Part shown: one piece after another, positions 55,968 through 64,000 of the stretch | Numbering within the stretch: position 1 is the stretch's first letter | Layout: each line of letters begins with the position of its first letter | IMG/VR virus record: IMGVR_UViG_3300009506_000011 | Location: 1-64,000 of that record | DNA: 64,000 nt | Strand: one strand, 5' to 3' | Source: a virus | Notes under the pieces: generated by a model | Seen by the model: the letters and a program-made list of their open reading frames with translations, nothing else | Databases searched by the model: none | Told to the model about the DNA's origin: nothing | Program-made: the position numbers and the translations under genes

Positions 55968-57493
55968 GACACCACCTCCGCGGTCCCGTCGTCCACGTAA
56001 ATGGTGCACGTCTCCTCGGGGGTCCGAGCGACGCGCTCGATGATCACGACAACGCCGCGATCTTCTGCACGCTGTCGCAGTGCGGCGAGCGCCTCGGCGT
56101 CGAAGCGGTCGTCGCGCATGATGACGAGCCCGATGTGCGTCGCCTGCTTGAAGGCCACAGTGAGAGCCGCCTCCCATTGCTCACGGTGGCTGGCCACCTC
56201 GATCGGTCGGCCGTGGATGGTGATGCCGTTCTCGTCGAAGCCGAGGCCGTCGGGCAGGTCCGCCTCGGCAAGCTGCTCGTCCTTCTCGGCCTGGATCTCT
56301 TTGAGGCGTTGTTTCAGCCGGGCCACCTCCTGGCGTCGAGCCTCGAGCTTCTTCTTGGTGGCGAGATAGCTCGCGCGCCCGTCCACCTTGCAATTGATTG
56401 CCTCGGCGCCGCTGATGTCTGCGAGCGTGGCGGTATCGTCCTCCCGCACGAAGGCGGCGATGGCGTCTCGCGTTGCAGCGAGCTGCTGCGCAGCAGCCTC
56501 GGAGGCGGGTGCCAGGGCCGCCTTCAGCTGCTTCTCGTGCCAGGCCAGCTGCTGGTTTAAGCCAGCCTCGCCGACGCACCGAAGCAGCACCCGGTGGGCG
56601 TCATTGGCAGCCGCAACGGCCTGCTGCGCTACGTGTTTGGCGTCGGACAGCTGCTGCTTCGCCTCGGCCAGCTGCTGCTCCAGCTCCGCCACGCGCTGCT
56701 CCAGCGGCGCAACCGGCGCTCGCGCGTCTGTGAGGGTCACGCGAGCCTCGGCCAGCACGCCGAGCTGAGCCTCGCAGGCATCGAGCGCAGTTTTCCGCTG
56801 CTCGGCCGCCTTGAGGGCAGCGGACAGATCGGTCTCCTTTCGGTTGTGCGCCAGCTGCCGCTGAAGCTTCTCGGTGAGCGCCTTGACGTCACGGCGATCC
56901 GCCGGCGCGTCCTCGAGCGGCGGCAGCGCTCGGAGCTGGCCCTCGAGGTCCGATACGACCTTGTTGACCTCGGCGCGGTGGGCATAGACCTCGTCCCTCT
57001 CCCGGTCCAGCTTGTCCCAGTCGAGCTTCGCGACCTTGCGCAGAATAGCGCCTTGCTCGCGCCGGCCGGCGGGCGTCTTGCCGAGGTCCAAGAAGGCGGC
57101 GGGATCCACGGCGCCACACTTCGCCCAAAGGCTCTGCAGGAGCGTCTCGGCCGACTTCGTGACGCGCTCGCCGGGGGAATGACCTGGCGCACCGATGACC
57201 TTGAGGGTGCGCTTCAGGGTACCATTGCGCTCCAGCTTCCAGGTCCGCTCTACGACCATGTCTTGGTCGGTGTAGATGGTGACGCTGGCGAAGCTCGCGT
57301 CGCCGTGTAGCAGGTCTGGCGGCTCGGCAGCCTTGCCCGCGAGGCAGGTCTCGATCGCTCGGGTAAGCGAGGTCTTGCCTTGCTTGTTGCGACCCGCGAC
57401 GATCTCGAGCGCGCCGCCCTTGAAGGTCAGGTCGCAGCCCCTAAGCCGCATGAAGTTTTCGATCTGGACGCCGGTGATGAGCATGGGCTTCAT
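55964..57493 (-). CDS. SMC/Rad50-like AAA ATPase
   Basis: IENF, GRNKQGKTS, long coiled coil. Confidence 0.8.
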   Translation of the reverse strand: MKPMLITGVQIENFMRLRGCDLTFKGGALEIVAGRNKQGKTSLTRAIETCLAGKAAEPPDLLHGDASFASVTIYTDQDMVVERTWKLERNGTLKRTLKVIGAPGHSPGERVTKSAETLLQSLWAKCGAVDPAAFLDLGKTPAGRREQGAILRKVAKLDWDKLDRERDEVYAHRAEVNKVVSDLEGQLRALPPLEDAPADRRDVKALTEKLQRQLAHNRKETDLSAALKAAEQRKTALDACEAQLGVLAEARVTLTDARAPVAPLEQRVAELEQQLAEAKQQLSDAKHVAQQAVAAANDAHRVLLRCVGEAGLNQQLAWHEKQLKAALAPASEAAAQQLAATRDAIAAFVREDDTATLADISGAEAINCKVDGRASYLATKKKLEARRQEVARLKQRLKEIQAEKDEQLAEADLPDGLGFDENGITIHGRPIEVASHREQWEAALTVAFKQATHIGLVIMRDDRFDAEALAALRQRAEDRGVVVIIERVARTPEETCTIYVDDGTAEVVS

Positions 57494-58419
57494 GCTGCAC
57501 CGCCTTCCTTGGCCGGCGGCGGAATCATCTCACCGTCCGGGCTCAGCTCCCAGCCGGCGGCGATCTCCTCCGGCGTCAGGCCGCTCGTAGGAGTGGACGG
57601 CTCCGCCGGAGTGTCTGGCTCGCTCACCTCGATGCCGTGCCGCTGGATAGCATCGGCGATTTGCGCGTCGATCAGCTCGACGGGCCGGCGCGCGTCCTCG
57701 ACAGCCATGGCGCGGGTCAGCAGCTGGTCTTCGGTGTCTGCCGGCGCCAGCTTGAGCACCTGCCGAACGGCCGTCTTTTTGAACATTTCCTCTTCCCAGT
57801 TCTTCCACGGGGAAAAGTCGCTGTCGCTGCCGCGGTTTACGTCGCGGCGCTTAATGACCTCGGCCCGGGACAGGACCCTGAACATCGGCGTCGTATCGCC
57901 CCTTACCTGCGCCGTGCCATAAGCCCACGATATGGGCCGGGTGTGACGCTCGGGGTTAGTCAGGTCGGGAATGTGCCGTATGTGCCGGTTGGTGCCTAGC
58001 TCGTAGTAAAAGTCGTCGCCAGCGTACACCACCTCGCCGGCGATGTCGGTGACCAGGCCGGAGCGACGCGCCAGCACGCACAGGCCCCGATAGTCGATGA
58101 TGGCAGTGCATTCCAGCACGCGGCCCTTCTTGAAAGGCACGAGCCAGACTCCGCCAGCCATGCTCGGCATCAGGCCAAGCTGTGCCGTGGTGAGCAAGCA
58201 GATGAAGAAGCTGCCGGGAGTGCATAGTGCCAGCTTTGGCTCCTTGGTCACTGCCGTCATGGTGGCGCGGAGAAACCGCTCTACGCCCATCTGCCGCGGG
58301 ACGGCGTTTTTGATCTGCGGCTCCATCCGCTTGATGAGGCCCCGTAGCTCGGTCGCGGGGTCCTTATCTCGCTTTTGAATCTGTCCGTTTGGGGCCGTTT
58401 GGGGCGTTCTGCTAGCCAT
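57490..58419 (-). CDS. recT: RecT family recombinase
   Basis: WLVPF, IIDYRGL..LARRSG, PW....EEM.KKT.VR. Confidence 0.9.
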   Translation of the reverse strand: MASRTPQTAPNGQIQKRDKDPATELRGLIKRMEPQIKNAVPRQMGVERFLRATMTAVTKEPKLALCTPGSFFICLLTTAQLGLMPSMAGGVWLVPFKKGRVLECTAIIDYRGLCVLARRSGLVTDIAGEVVYAGDDFYYELGTNRHIRHIPDLTNPERHTRPISWAYGTAQVRGDTTPMFRVLSRAEVIKRRDVNRGSDSDFSPWKNWEEEMFKKTAVRQVLKLAPADTEDQLLTRAMAVEDARRPVELIDAQIADAIQRHGIEVSEPDTPAEPSTPTSGLTPEEIAAGWELSPDGEMIPPPAKEGGAA

Positions 58420-59419
58420 GCTTCTTTATCCTCAATGGTCTACTGGTTGACGGCTTCACCACCTGGGCGACAATGTGCTGCCGGCCAAGCTCTTTGGCGA
58501 AGTCGTGATGGTTCCCCGGCGGCGTCACCTTGACGTAACCGGAGCGCTCCTGCGTTCGCAGGGTGATCTGAAAGTCGGCGACGAAGCCGCGTTCAGCGGC
58601 GCCCATCGCAAGCCGAATGCGCGCCTCGCTTGCTCGGAGTGCTGCCTCGGTGGTCCGCGCCTCGGCGCGGAGCCGCACAATCTCGTCGGCGTAGCAGGCG
58701 AGGTCCTCGGACAAGACGACCTCGCTGCCATCGTCCTCGGGGTAGTGGCGCGCGATGGCACGGGCGGCCGACTCGCTGCCGTCTGGCTCCGGCGGGTCCC
58801 GGTCGATGACGCGCTGCCAGAAACGCTCACCGTGCCAGATGATGCGGCGGATCATCCGCTCGTCCCGTGGGATGTCCTGCCAGACGAAGCGCGCGCCGCC
58901 GATGAGGCAGGCGATGGCGCCGCGGCTGGCCCCCGTAACGAGCAGCTGGTGCTGGACCTGGATGAAGTACGGCTCCGGCGCACCATCCGCCCAGTCGGCA
59001 ATCTGGTAGGCGGAGTGCGTCTTGGCTTCGAGGGGTTGCCATCTGGCCTTGTTCGCTGCTACTTCCTCGATGCTCAAAAGCTCGACTTCGCTCGGCTCCA
59101 GCGTCCAAGCATCCAGCGTGCATTGCGCCCAGGGATGCTCACGGCTCCGCAGCAGCTGGCCGCTCGGCCGCACGAGCCGCCCGGTGCGCTCGCCGAAGGT
59201 TTGGATGATGATGGGCTCAAGCTTGTGGCCCCACTCGATCGCCTCGACGTCCGACGGGTCGACCGGCGGGATCTCGCCCATCTTTTCGAGCGCGAGCTCG
59301 TAGGCGCTGCGCCACTTGCTCAGGCCCATGACCGCCGCCATCTCGGAGGCGCCAATGCCGGCGGTGCGCTTCTCGAGCCAGTCCTCGCGGTCGTCGCAGG
59401 GGATGACGTCGTAGGTCAT
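58412..59419 (-). CDS. YqaJ viral recombinase exonuclease
   Basis: WLEKR..GIGASE, WG..LEP, LEAKT, Y..QVQHQL.VTG. Confidence 0.9.
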   Translation of the reverse strand: MTYDVIPCDDREDWLEKRTAGIGASEMAAVMGLSKWRSAYELALEKMGEIPPVDPSDVEAIEWGHKLEPIIIQTFGERTGRLVRPSGQLLRSREHPWAQCTLDAWTLEPSEVELLSIEEVAANKARWQPLEAKTHSAYQIADWADGAPEPYFIQVQHQLLVTGASRGAIACLIGGARFVWQDIPRDERMIRRIIWHGERFWQRVIDRDPPEPDGSESAARAIARHYPEDDGSEVVLSEDLACYADEIVRLRAEARTTEAALRASEARIRLAMGAAERGFVADFQITLRTQERSGYVKVTPPGNHHDFAKELGRQHIVAQVVKPSTSRPLRIKKHG

Positions 59420-59757
59420 GGCTGCCCCATGAGGCGGGGCTCGCGCTCGGCGAGCAGGTCCCTATCGCTAAGCCCCATGAGGCGCCGCTGATCGTCTTCG
59501 GTGACGGGTCCTGAGAAAGGTATGGGGTCGGCTGCGACAAATCCCAGCTGCTCCATTGCTCGAGCGGCGCGTGGCGCCAATGGCAGGTCGGCGCCACACT
59601 GCAGCGCCGCATAGCCGGAGCCGCCGCACCAGCCGCACCGACCAGCCTGCGGCTGCCAGCCTTTGGCGGTGAAGACGACCGGGTACGCCTTGTGACGCTT
59701 GCGCCAGCCTCGTCGCCACCGCCGGAAGGAAAGACCGGTTAGAACGAGGCTGATCAT
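59416..59757 (-). CDS. hypothetical protein
   Basis: ATGA coupling. Confidence 0.5.
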   Translation of the reverse strand: MISLVLTGLSFRRWRRGWRKRHKAYPVVFTAKGWQPQAGRCGWCGGSGYAALQCGADLPLAPRAARAMEQLGFVAADPIPFSGPVTEDDQRRLMGLSDRDLLAEREPRLMGQP

Positions 59758-60092
59758 GGCGCCTCCAGTGGAGGCATGTTCGGCCCCGGTAGCGGCGGCT
59801 CAGCCGGCTCTTCTCCGACCGACATCGTAAGGCCCCGGTTCCACGCTCGGCCGGCTTGCCTGCGGACGATGGCGCGCCGTTTCGCCTCCCGCGCTGCCTC
59901 GGAATCGGTCTCGCGCAGAGCCACGATGGCCGCGTCGGCGACGAGCCGGGCGGTTGCGCACGAGTCATCGTGCAGAGCGAACGACGGAGACGACGGCCGC
60001 AGCTCGGTGTCCTCGAATGGCCACAGGCAACCGAGGAAAAGAATCACCAGACCGCCAGGCCCGGCGCGCTTGCACAGCTCATCCAGCGTCAT
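59754..60092 (-). CDS. hypothetical protein
   Basis: ATGA coupling. Confidence 0.5.
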   Translation of the reverse strand: MTLDELCKRAGPGGLVILFLGCLWPFEDTELRPSSPSFALHDDSCATARLVADAAIVALRETDSEAAREAKRRAIVRRQAGRAWNRGLTMSVGEEPAEPPLPGPNMPPLEAP

Positions 60093-60267
60093 CGCTCACC
60101 TCGTTCGGATCCCTGAAGCCCAGCGTCGCCAGCGCCTCGCGGATCCTCGTCTTGCTGTTGTCGTTCACGGCGTCGCCCGAGAGGTACCGCCGCACCGTCT
60201 GCGGCGACACAACCGCCTTGGCGGCGACTCGGACCACGTCATGGCTAGATGTCACATCGGGTTGCAT
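60079..60267 (-). CDS. Cro-like HTH protein
   Basis: VAAKAVVSPQTVRRYLSG; TTGACA-N17-TCAATT-N6-ATG. Confidence 0.7.
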   Translation of the reverse strand: MQPDVTSSHDVVRVAAKAVVSPQTVRRYLSGDAVNDNSKTRIREALATLGFRDPNEVSDDAG

Positions 60268-60353
60268 GGTGCCAATTGAGCACAGCCGGTTAGGGTTGTC
60301 AACAGAAAAGTGACTAGTTGACCGCTTGTCCAGTAGTTTGCTAGTATCTGGAC
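60268..60353. promoter_or_regulatory. divergent promoter region (immunity switch)
   Basis: Back-to-back TTGACA and CTAGTTGACC promoters, both leaderless. Confidence 0.65.
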
Positions 60354-60698
60354 ATGCCTACCCCCACTCCCCTCGGCCGGCGTCTGAAGCTGGCTCGGCT
60401 GATGACCTTCCCGCCGGTGCCGGAGGCCGGACCGGAGCCGGCGGCTGGCTGGCAACGTGTCAGCCAGCGGGAGCTGAGCCTGATGGCCGGTCGGTCTGAC
60501 GGCCTCGTCGGTCACCTCGAAGGGGGCCGGACGAAGGACTCGACGGTTGAAACCACGACGCGGCTCTGCGCGATCCTGGGCATCACCACCGACTGGCTCG
60601 CCACCGGCAAGCAGCCGGCGCATCCTGGCGGCGGCGAGCTGAACGCCGAAATCGTCAACCACGCCGTGCGAGCCACACGAACGACGGAGGCGGCGTGA
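60354..60698 (+). CDS. XRE-family repressor (cI-like)
   Basis: LGRRLKLAR...SQRELS..AG...V.HLEGG...LC..LG.T.DWL.TG. Confidence 0.8.
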   Translation: MPTPTPLGRRLKLARLMTFPPVPEAGPEPAAGWQRVSQRELSLMAGRSDGLVGHLEGGRTKDSTVETTTRLCAILGITTDWLATGKQPAHPGGGELNAEIVNHAVRATRTTEAA

Positions 60699-60795
60699 TG
60701 CCCGGGGAACTGCCGGATGACGTGATGCGCCGGCTCTGTGAGGCAGATCCGCTGGCGGACTTGAAGAGTCGGTGATCGAGCAGGCGGTAAGCTTA

Positions 60796-60807
60796 CTAGT
60801 TGACTAG
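60796..60807 (+). promoter_or_regulatory. CTAGTTGACTAG promoter/operator
   Basis: TTGACT-N17-TAGTCT, then GGAGG and ATG 60846. Confidence 0.7.
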
Positions 60808-60845
60808 CGATGCGCGCCGCGGTAGTCTGTCGTCGGAGGTGACCG

Positions 60846-61133
60846 ATGGCGACGATGAGCGAGCTGGGCTTTACCTGGTACGGACGCGAGAATAACGGCG
60901 GCTGGCGCTTCGATGTGCGGCTGCGGGATCCGGCGGTTCGAGCTGCGCAGCTGGAGCGCTGGAGCGAGGAACGAAAGGAGCGTTGCCGGGCCCTGATCCG
61001 CCGGCCGCACTGCAAGCGGCCGCGCAAGCTGAAGCTCCTTCGGCGGATATATGGCGGGCGACAGCAGCTGCCACCCGACGTGCAGCAGCTGGACGGCCAG
61101 CTCATGAACCGGCATGCACGGCGTGCGCTATGA
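60846..61133 (+). CDS. hypothetical protein
   Basis: Shine-Dalgarno and promoter present. Confidence 0.55.
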   Translation: MATMSELGFTWYGRENNGGWRFDVRLRDPAVRAAQLERWSEERKERCRALIRRPHCKRPRKLKLLRRIYGGRQQLPPDVQQLDGQLMNRHARRAL

Positions 61134-61337
61134 GCTGGCTACGAGACGAGTACGGCGAGGTCAGCTGGCTATTCGCCGGGATCGTCGCTCTGGCGCTGCT
61201 GATCACCGAGGAAGGCGTAGCCGTTTGCCGGTGCAGAAGGCAGCCGTGATCTGCCTACGTTGCCAGGAGACGGGTGTGCTCGTCCCGCGCCTGCGCGAGC
61301 GGCTGCTCGCCGTCATCATCGCAGCGGCCTGGAGGGG

Positions 61338-61715
61338 ATGCTGATGAAGCTCATCTACGTGGCCGGCCCCTACCGGGCCGCAAACCACTGGCTCATCGAG
61401 CAGAACATCCACCGCGCGCGTGAGCTTGGCGCTCGCCTCGCCCAGCTCGGCGCAGCGCCCCTGATCCCGCACGCAAACACGGCACACTGGGACGGCCTTT
61501 GCTCGGACGAGTTCTGGCTCAAGGCTGGCATCGAGATGCTCCGGCGCTGCGATGGTGTCGTGCTTGTCAAGGGGTGGTCGGAGTCCCGGGGCACGTTGGC
61601 CGAGGTTGATGAGGCTCACCGGCGCGGACTACCGGTGCTTGGAAAGCCGAGCCCGCCAGACGATATCCTCGCGGAGTGGCTGGCACGCGTCCGCAAGCGA
61701 GCGATGCGACCATGA
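61338..61715 (+). CDS. DUF4406 / deoxyribosyltransferase-like protein
   Basis: IYVAGPY, PH.N, ML.RCD.V....GW.ESRG...E. Confidence 0.75.
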   Translation: MLMKLIYVAGPYRAANHWLIEQNIHRARELGARLAQLGAAPLIPHANTAHWDGLCSDEFWLKAGIEMLRRCDGVVLVKGWSESRGTLAEVDEAHRRGLPVLGKPSPPDDILAEWLARVRKRAMRP

Positions 61716-61981
61716 GCGCCACAGACGCCATCCTTCAGCAGCACCTGCTCGACGCGCCGGCGGGCCTCGAGCTGTCCTGCTCGCGGCTGCTCGAAGGTCG
61801 CTACCACGCTTGCTGGGTCGGCTCCCTCCAGAATGGCATGCGGATCGCCGCGCTCGGGATGGGGCCGACTCGCGAGGCCGCCATCGTCGCGGCGTCGCTC
61901 ACGCTTGAGCGAGCGCTGCTCTGCGATGCCGCCTCCGACCTCGGCAACCTTGGCGTCTGGCTACCGCGGGGACAAGCATGA
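61712..61981 (+). CDS. hypothetical protein
   Basis: ATGA coupling. Confidence 0.45.
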   Translation: MSATDAILQQHLLDAPAGLELSCSRLLEGRYHACWVGSLQNGMRIAALGMGPTREAAIVAASLTLERALLCDAASDLGNLGVWLPRGQA

Positions 61982-62748
61982 GCCTCTTCGACCAGGGGCC
62001 GGGGCGGGAAGCGCTGCTCGCCGCTGTCGAGGGTGTCCACCAGGCTGACGCGGTGGAGTGGCTCGCGGGCCTGCCGCCGGAGTCTGTCGACCTGGTCATC
62101 ACGGACCCGGCCTACGAGAGCCTCGAGAGGCATCGGGCGCACGGCACGACCACGCGGCTGAAGCACTGGTTCCCCATCTTCCCCAACGCGCGCTTCGCGG
62201 AGCTGCTGGCGCAGGTCTACCGCGTCCTGCGGCCGGACAGCCACTTCTACTTTCAGTGCGACGAGGAGACGGCGGACGTGGTCAAGCCGCTCGGGCGCGC
62301 CGCCGGCTTCAGGTTCTGGAAGTCGCTCATCTGGGACAAGGTGGATCTCGGGATGGGGTATCACTACCGGTGCCGGTGCGAGCGCATCCTGTTCTTCGAG
62401 AAGGGCAAGCGGAAGCTCAACGACCTCAGCGTGCCAGACGTGCTGCAGTTCCGGCGCGTGCGCAACGGCTCCCCCACCGAGAAGCCCGTGGAGCTGTACG
62501 AGGTGCTGGTCCGGCAGAGCTCCGAGCGAGGTGAGGTCGTGGCGGATCCGTTTCTCGGCTCCGGCGCCTGCGGCGAGGCCGCGCTGCGGCTCGGCCGGCG
62601 CTTCGGTGGCTGCGACATCTCGGAAGCGGCGGTCGGCTGCGCCACGGTCCGGCTTGCCCCGTGGTTCGTCGCTAGCCGATTTCGCCAGCCGGTCCACATC
62701 TCCGGGGCATTGGCGAGCGCCGGTTTGCTGCCAGACGAAAAGGCTTGA
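61978..62748 (+). CDS. N6A/N4C DNA methyltransferase (beta class)
   Basis: ITDPAY, PTEKPV.L, DPFLGSG. Confidence 0.9.
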   Translation: MSLFDQGPGREALLAAVEGVHQADAVEWLAGLPPESVDLVITDPAYESLERHRAHGTTTRLKHWFPIFPNARFAELLAQVYRVLRPDSHFYFQCDEETADVVKPLGRAAGFRFWKSLIWDKVDLGMGYHYRCRCERILFFEKGKRKLNDLSVPDVLQFRRVRNGSPTEKPVELYEVLVRQSSERGEVVADPFLGSGACGEAALRLGRRFGGCDISEAAVGCATVRLAPWFVASRFRQPVHISGALASAGLLPDEKA

Positions 62749-62779
62749 CGGCACTGGACGAGTTGTTCACGATGTCCTC

Positions 62780-62989
62780 GTGAAAACTACGAGCAACGCG
62801 CGTCACGTTGACGTCCCGATGACGGGCACTTTTTGGCGGTACCTGAAGGAGCTACGTCAGCGGCTCGGTACATCGAGCTGGGCGGAGACATTTCGAGCCG
62901 CTGTCCGTGAAGCGGTTGATCGGCGGCGAAGAGAGGACGCTGAGGCAGGTCGTCACCTATCCTTGGTAGGGGAGCCAGAGCAAGACTGA
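62780..62989 (+). CDS. putative ribbon-helix-helix regulator
   Basis: TTGACG-N17-CACGAT-N6-GTG; LKELRQRLG.SSWAETFR.AV. Confidence 0.5.
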   Translation: MKTTSNARHVDVPMTGTFWRYLKELRQRLGTSSWAETFRAAVREAVDRRRREDAEAGRHLSLVGEPEQD

Positions 62990-64000
62990 TGGCCCGCGGC
63001 CGCATGCTTCTCAAGTCGCTGAGCCTTTGTGGCCAGCTTGCCGATCTGTCAGACGACACGGCACGACTGCTCTTCTGCATGTGCGTCCCACACCTTGATC
63101 GGGAGGGACGTTTGCAGGGCGATCCCCGGCGTCTCGCGGCGACCGTGTGGCCGCTGCTGCACGGTCCGCAGCCGACCGCACGAGCGCTGGCGGAGCTCGT
63201 TGAGCAGCGACTCGTCGCCGTCTACGACGATGAGCGCGGTCAGACTGTCGTTTGGTTCCCGGCCTTCGAGCGCTCACAGCCTGGGCTCCGACGGGACAGA
63301 GAGGCGGAGAGCAGCTACGGTCCGCCGCCTTCGTGCGAGCCCTCTGGTTTGGTGCCTGCGTGGCTGCGGGAGTACTCCGGACCTACTCCGGAGCAATCCC
63401 GCGGTGGTCCGGAGTACTCCGGAGTTTTCCCGGAGTACTCCGGACCTACTCCGGAGCAACCCGAGCTAAGTGTTCGAAAGGTGGAAACTCCGGAGTTTTC
63501 CCGGAGTACTCCGGGAGTGCTCCCGCCTAAATCAAAGGAAAGTAAAGGAAGGGAGGTTGCCGCGCGTGCGCGCGTAGCAACCGCCGCGCCACCACCACAA
63601 CAGGAGCAGGCGGTCTGCGAAGGGTGCGACGATATCGCCGAGTGCGGTGCCGATGGTGTGCCAGTGGGATGGGCGGATGGGCTCTGCCCCGAGTGCCAGC
63701 GCCACGACGTGAGCCAAACCGCCGGCTACCTCCAAAGCATCAAGAACCAAGGAGCCAAGCCAGCGCCACCGTCCAAGCTCGGAACGGCACCCATGAACCC
63801 GGTGGCGCGCCAGCTGGCGGAGCATATTAGGACTCACCGGCGCTTCGATGGCATCGACGCTGGCGAGATCGGCAACAGCAACGCTCACCTCGTCGAGACG
63901 GGTGGCAAGTCGCTAACCTGGCTGAAGGAGGCGATCGACGAGTGCAACCGGGACGCCGGCTCAGCCGCCGCCGCCAGGCGGCCCTGGTCCGACGATGTCC
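62989..64000 (+). CDS. phage replication initiator (partial, runs off the right end)
   Basis: Hand-translated open frame: MARGRML..SL...LADLS...ARLLF....PHLDREGR; internal iteron-like repeats. Confidence 0.75.
   Translation, partial: MARGRMLLKSLSLCGQLADLSDDTARLLFCMCVPHLDREGRLQGDPRRLAATVWPLLHGPQPTARALAELVEQRLVAVYDDERGQTVVWFPAFERSQPGLRRDREAESSYGPPPSCEPSGLVPAWLREYSGPTPEQSRGGPEYSGVFPEYSGPTPEQPELSVRKVETPEFSRSTPGVLPPKSKESKGREVAARARVATAAPPPQQEQAVCEGCDDIAECGADGVPVGWADGLCPECQRHDVSQTAGYLQSIKNQGAKPAPPSKLGTAPMNPVARQLAEHIRTHRRFDGIDAGEIGNSNAHLVETGGKSLTWLKEAIDECNRDAGSAAAARRPWSDDV
63368..63516. repeat. iteron-like repeats (ACTCCGGA / GGAGTACTCC), putative origin
   Basis: Many palindromic copies inside the initiator gene, followed by a purine-rich tract. 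Confidence 0.7.

Noticed and set aside
2758-60807. CTAGTCAACTAG copies as dispersed CRISPR repeats or insertion-site duplications
   Set aside because: Only 12 nt, and their fixed spacing to -10 boxes and start codons indicates promoters.
63368-63516. Repeats as a CRISPR array for the type IV locus
   Set aside because: Irregular short palindromes with no unique spacers, inside an open reading frame; better explained as iterons.

Overview
This high-GC 64 kb window looks like part of a temperate myovirus or prophage genome; a Myxococcota-like host is inferred only from the GC content, sigma54-type promoters and a Cys-rich lipoprotein. The + strand carries a Mu-like head and contractile-tail gene set (I-type protease, capsid, gp36/gpG-like, sheath, tube, chaperone, tape measure, gpN, gpP, spike, baseplate J, fibres). 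Minus-strand accessory cassettes repeatedly split this set, and most start at a recurrent CTAG-TTGACT-AG promoter/operator. The right end has RecT/YqaJ/AAA recombination genes, a cI/cro-like switch, a DNA methyltransferase and an iteron-bearing replication initiator; the left end has a SNF2 helicase. The most notable feature is an array-less type IV-B-like Cas operon (csf1, cas11, csf2, csf3, cysH) that also has a Zn-finger-Cas6 gene (frameshifted here) and a phosphatase-SpoU RNA methyltransferase fusion. Also notable: three intergenic type II hammerhead ribozymes, promoter-linked non-canonical tRNA-like RNAs, and free-standing paralogs of two tail proteins, one with a signal peptide. All family calls are by-eye motif recognition with no database searches. 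No terminase, portal, integrase, transposase or CRISPR array was seen.
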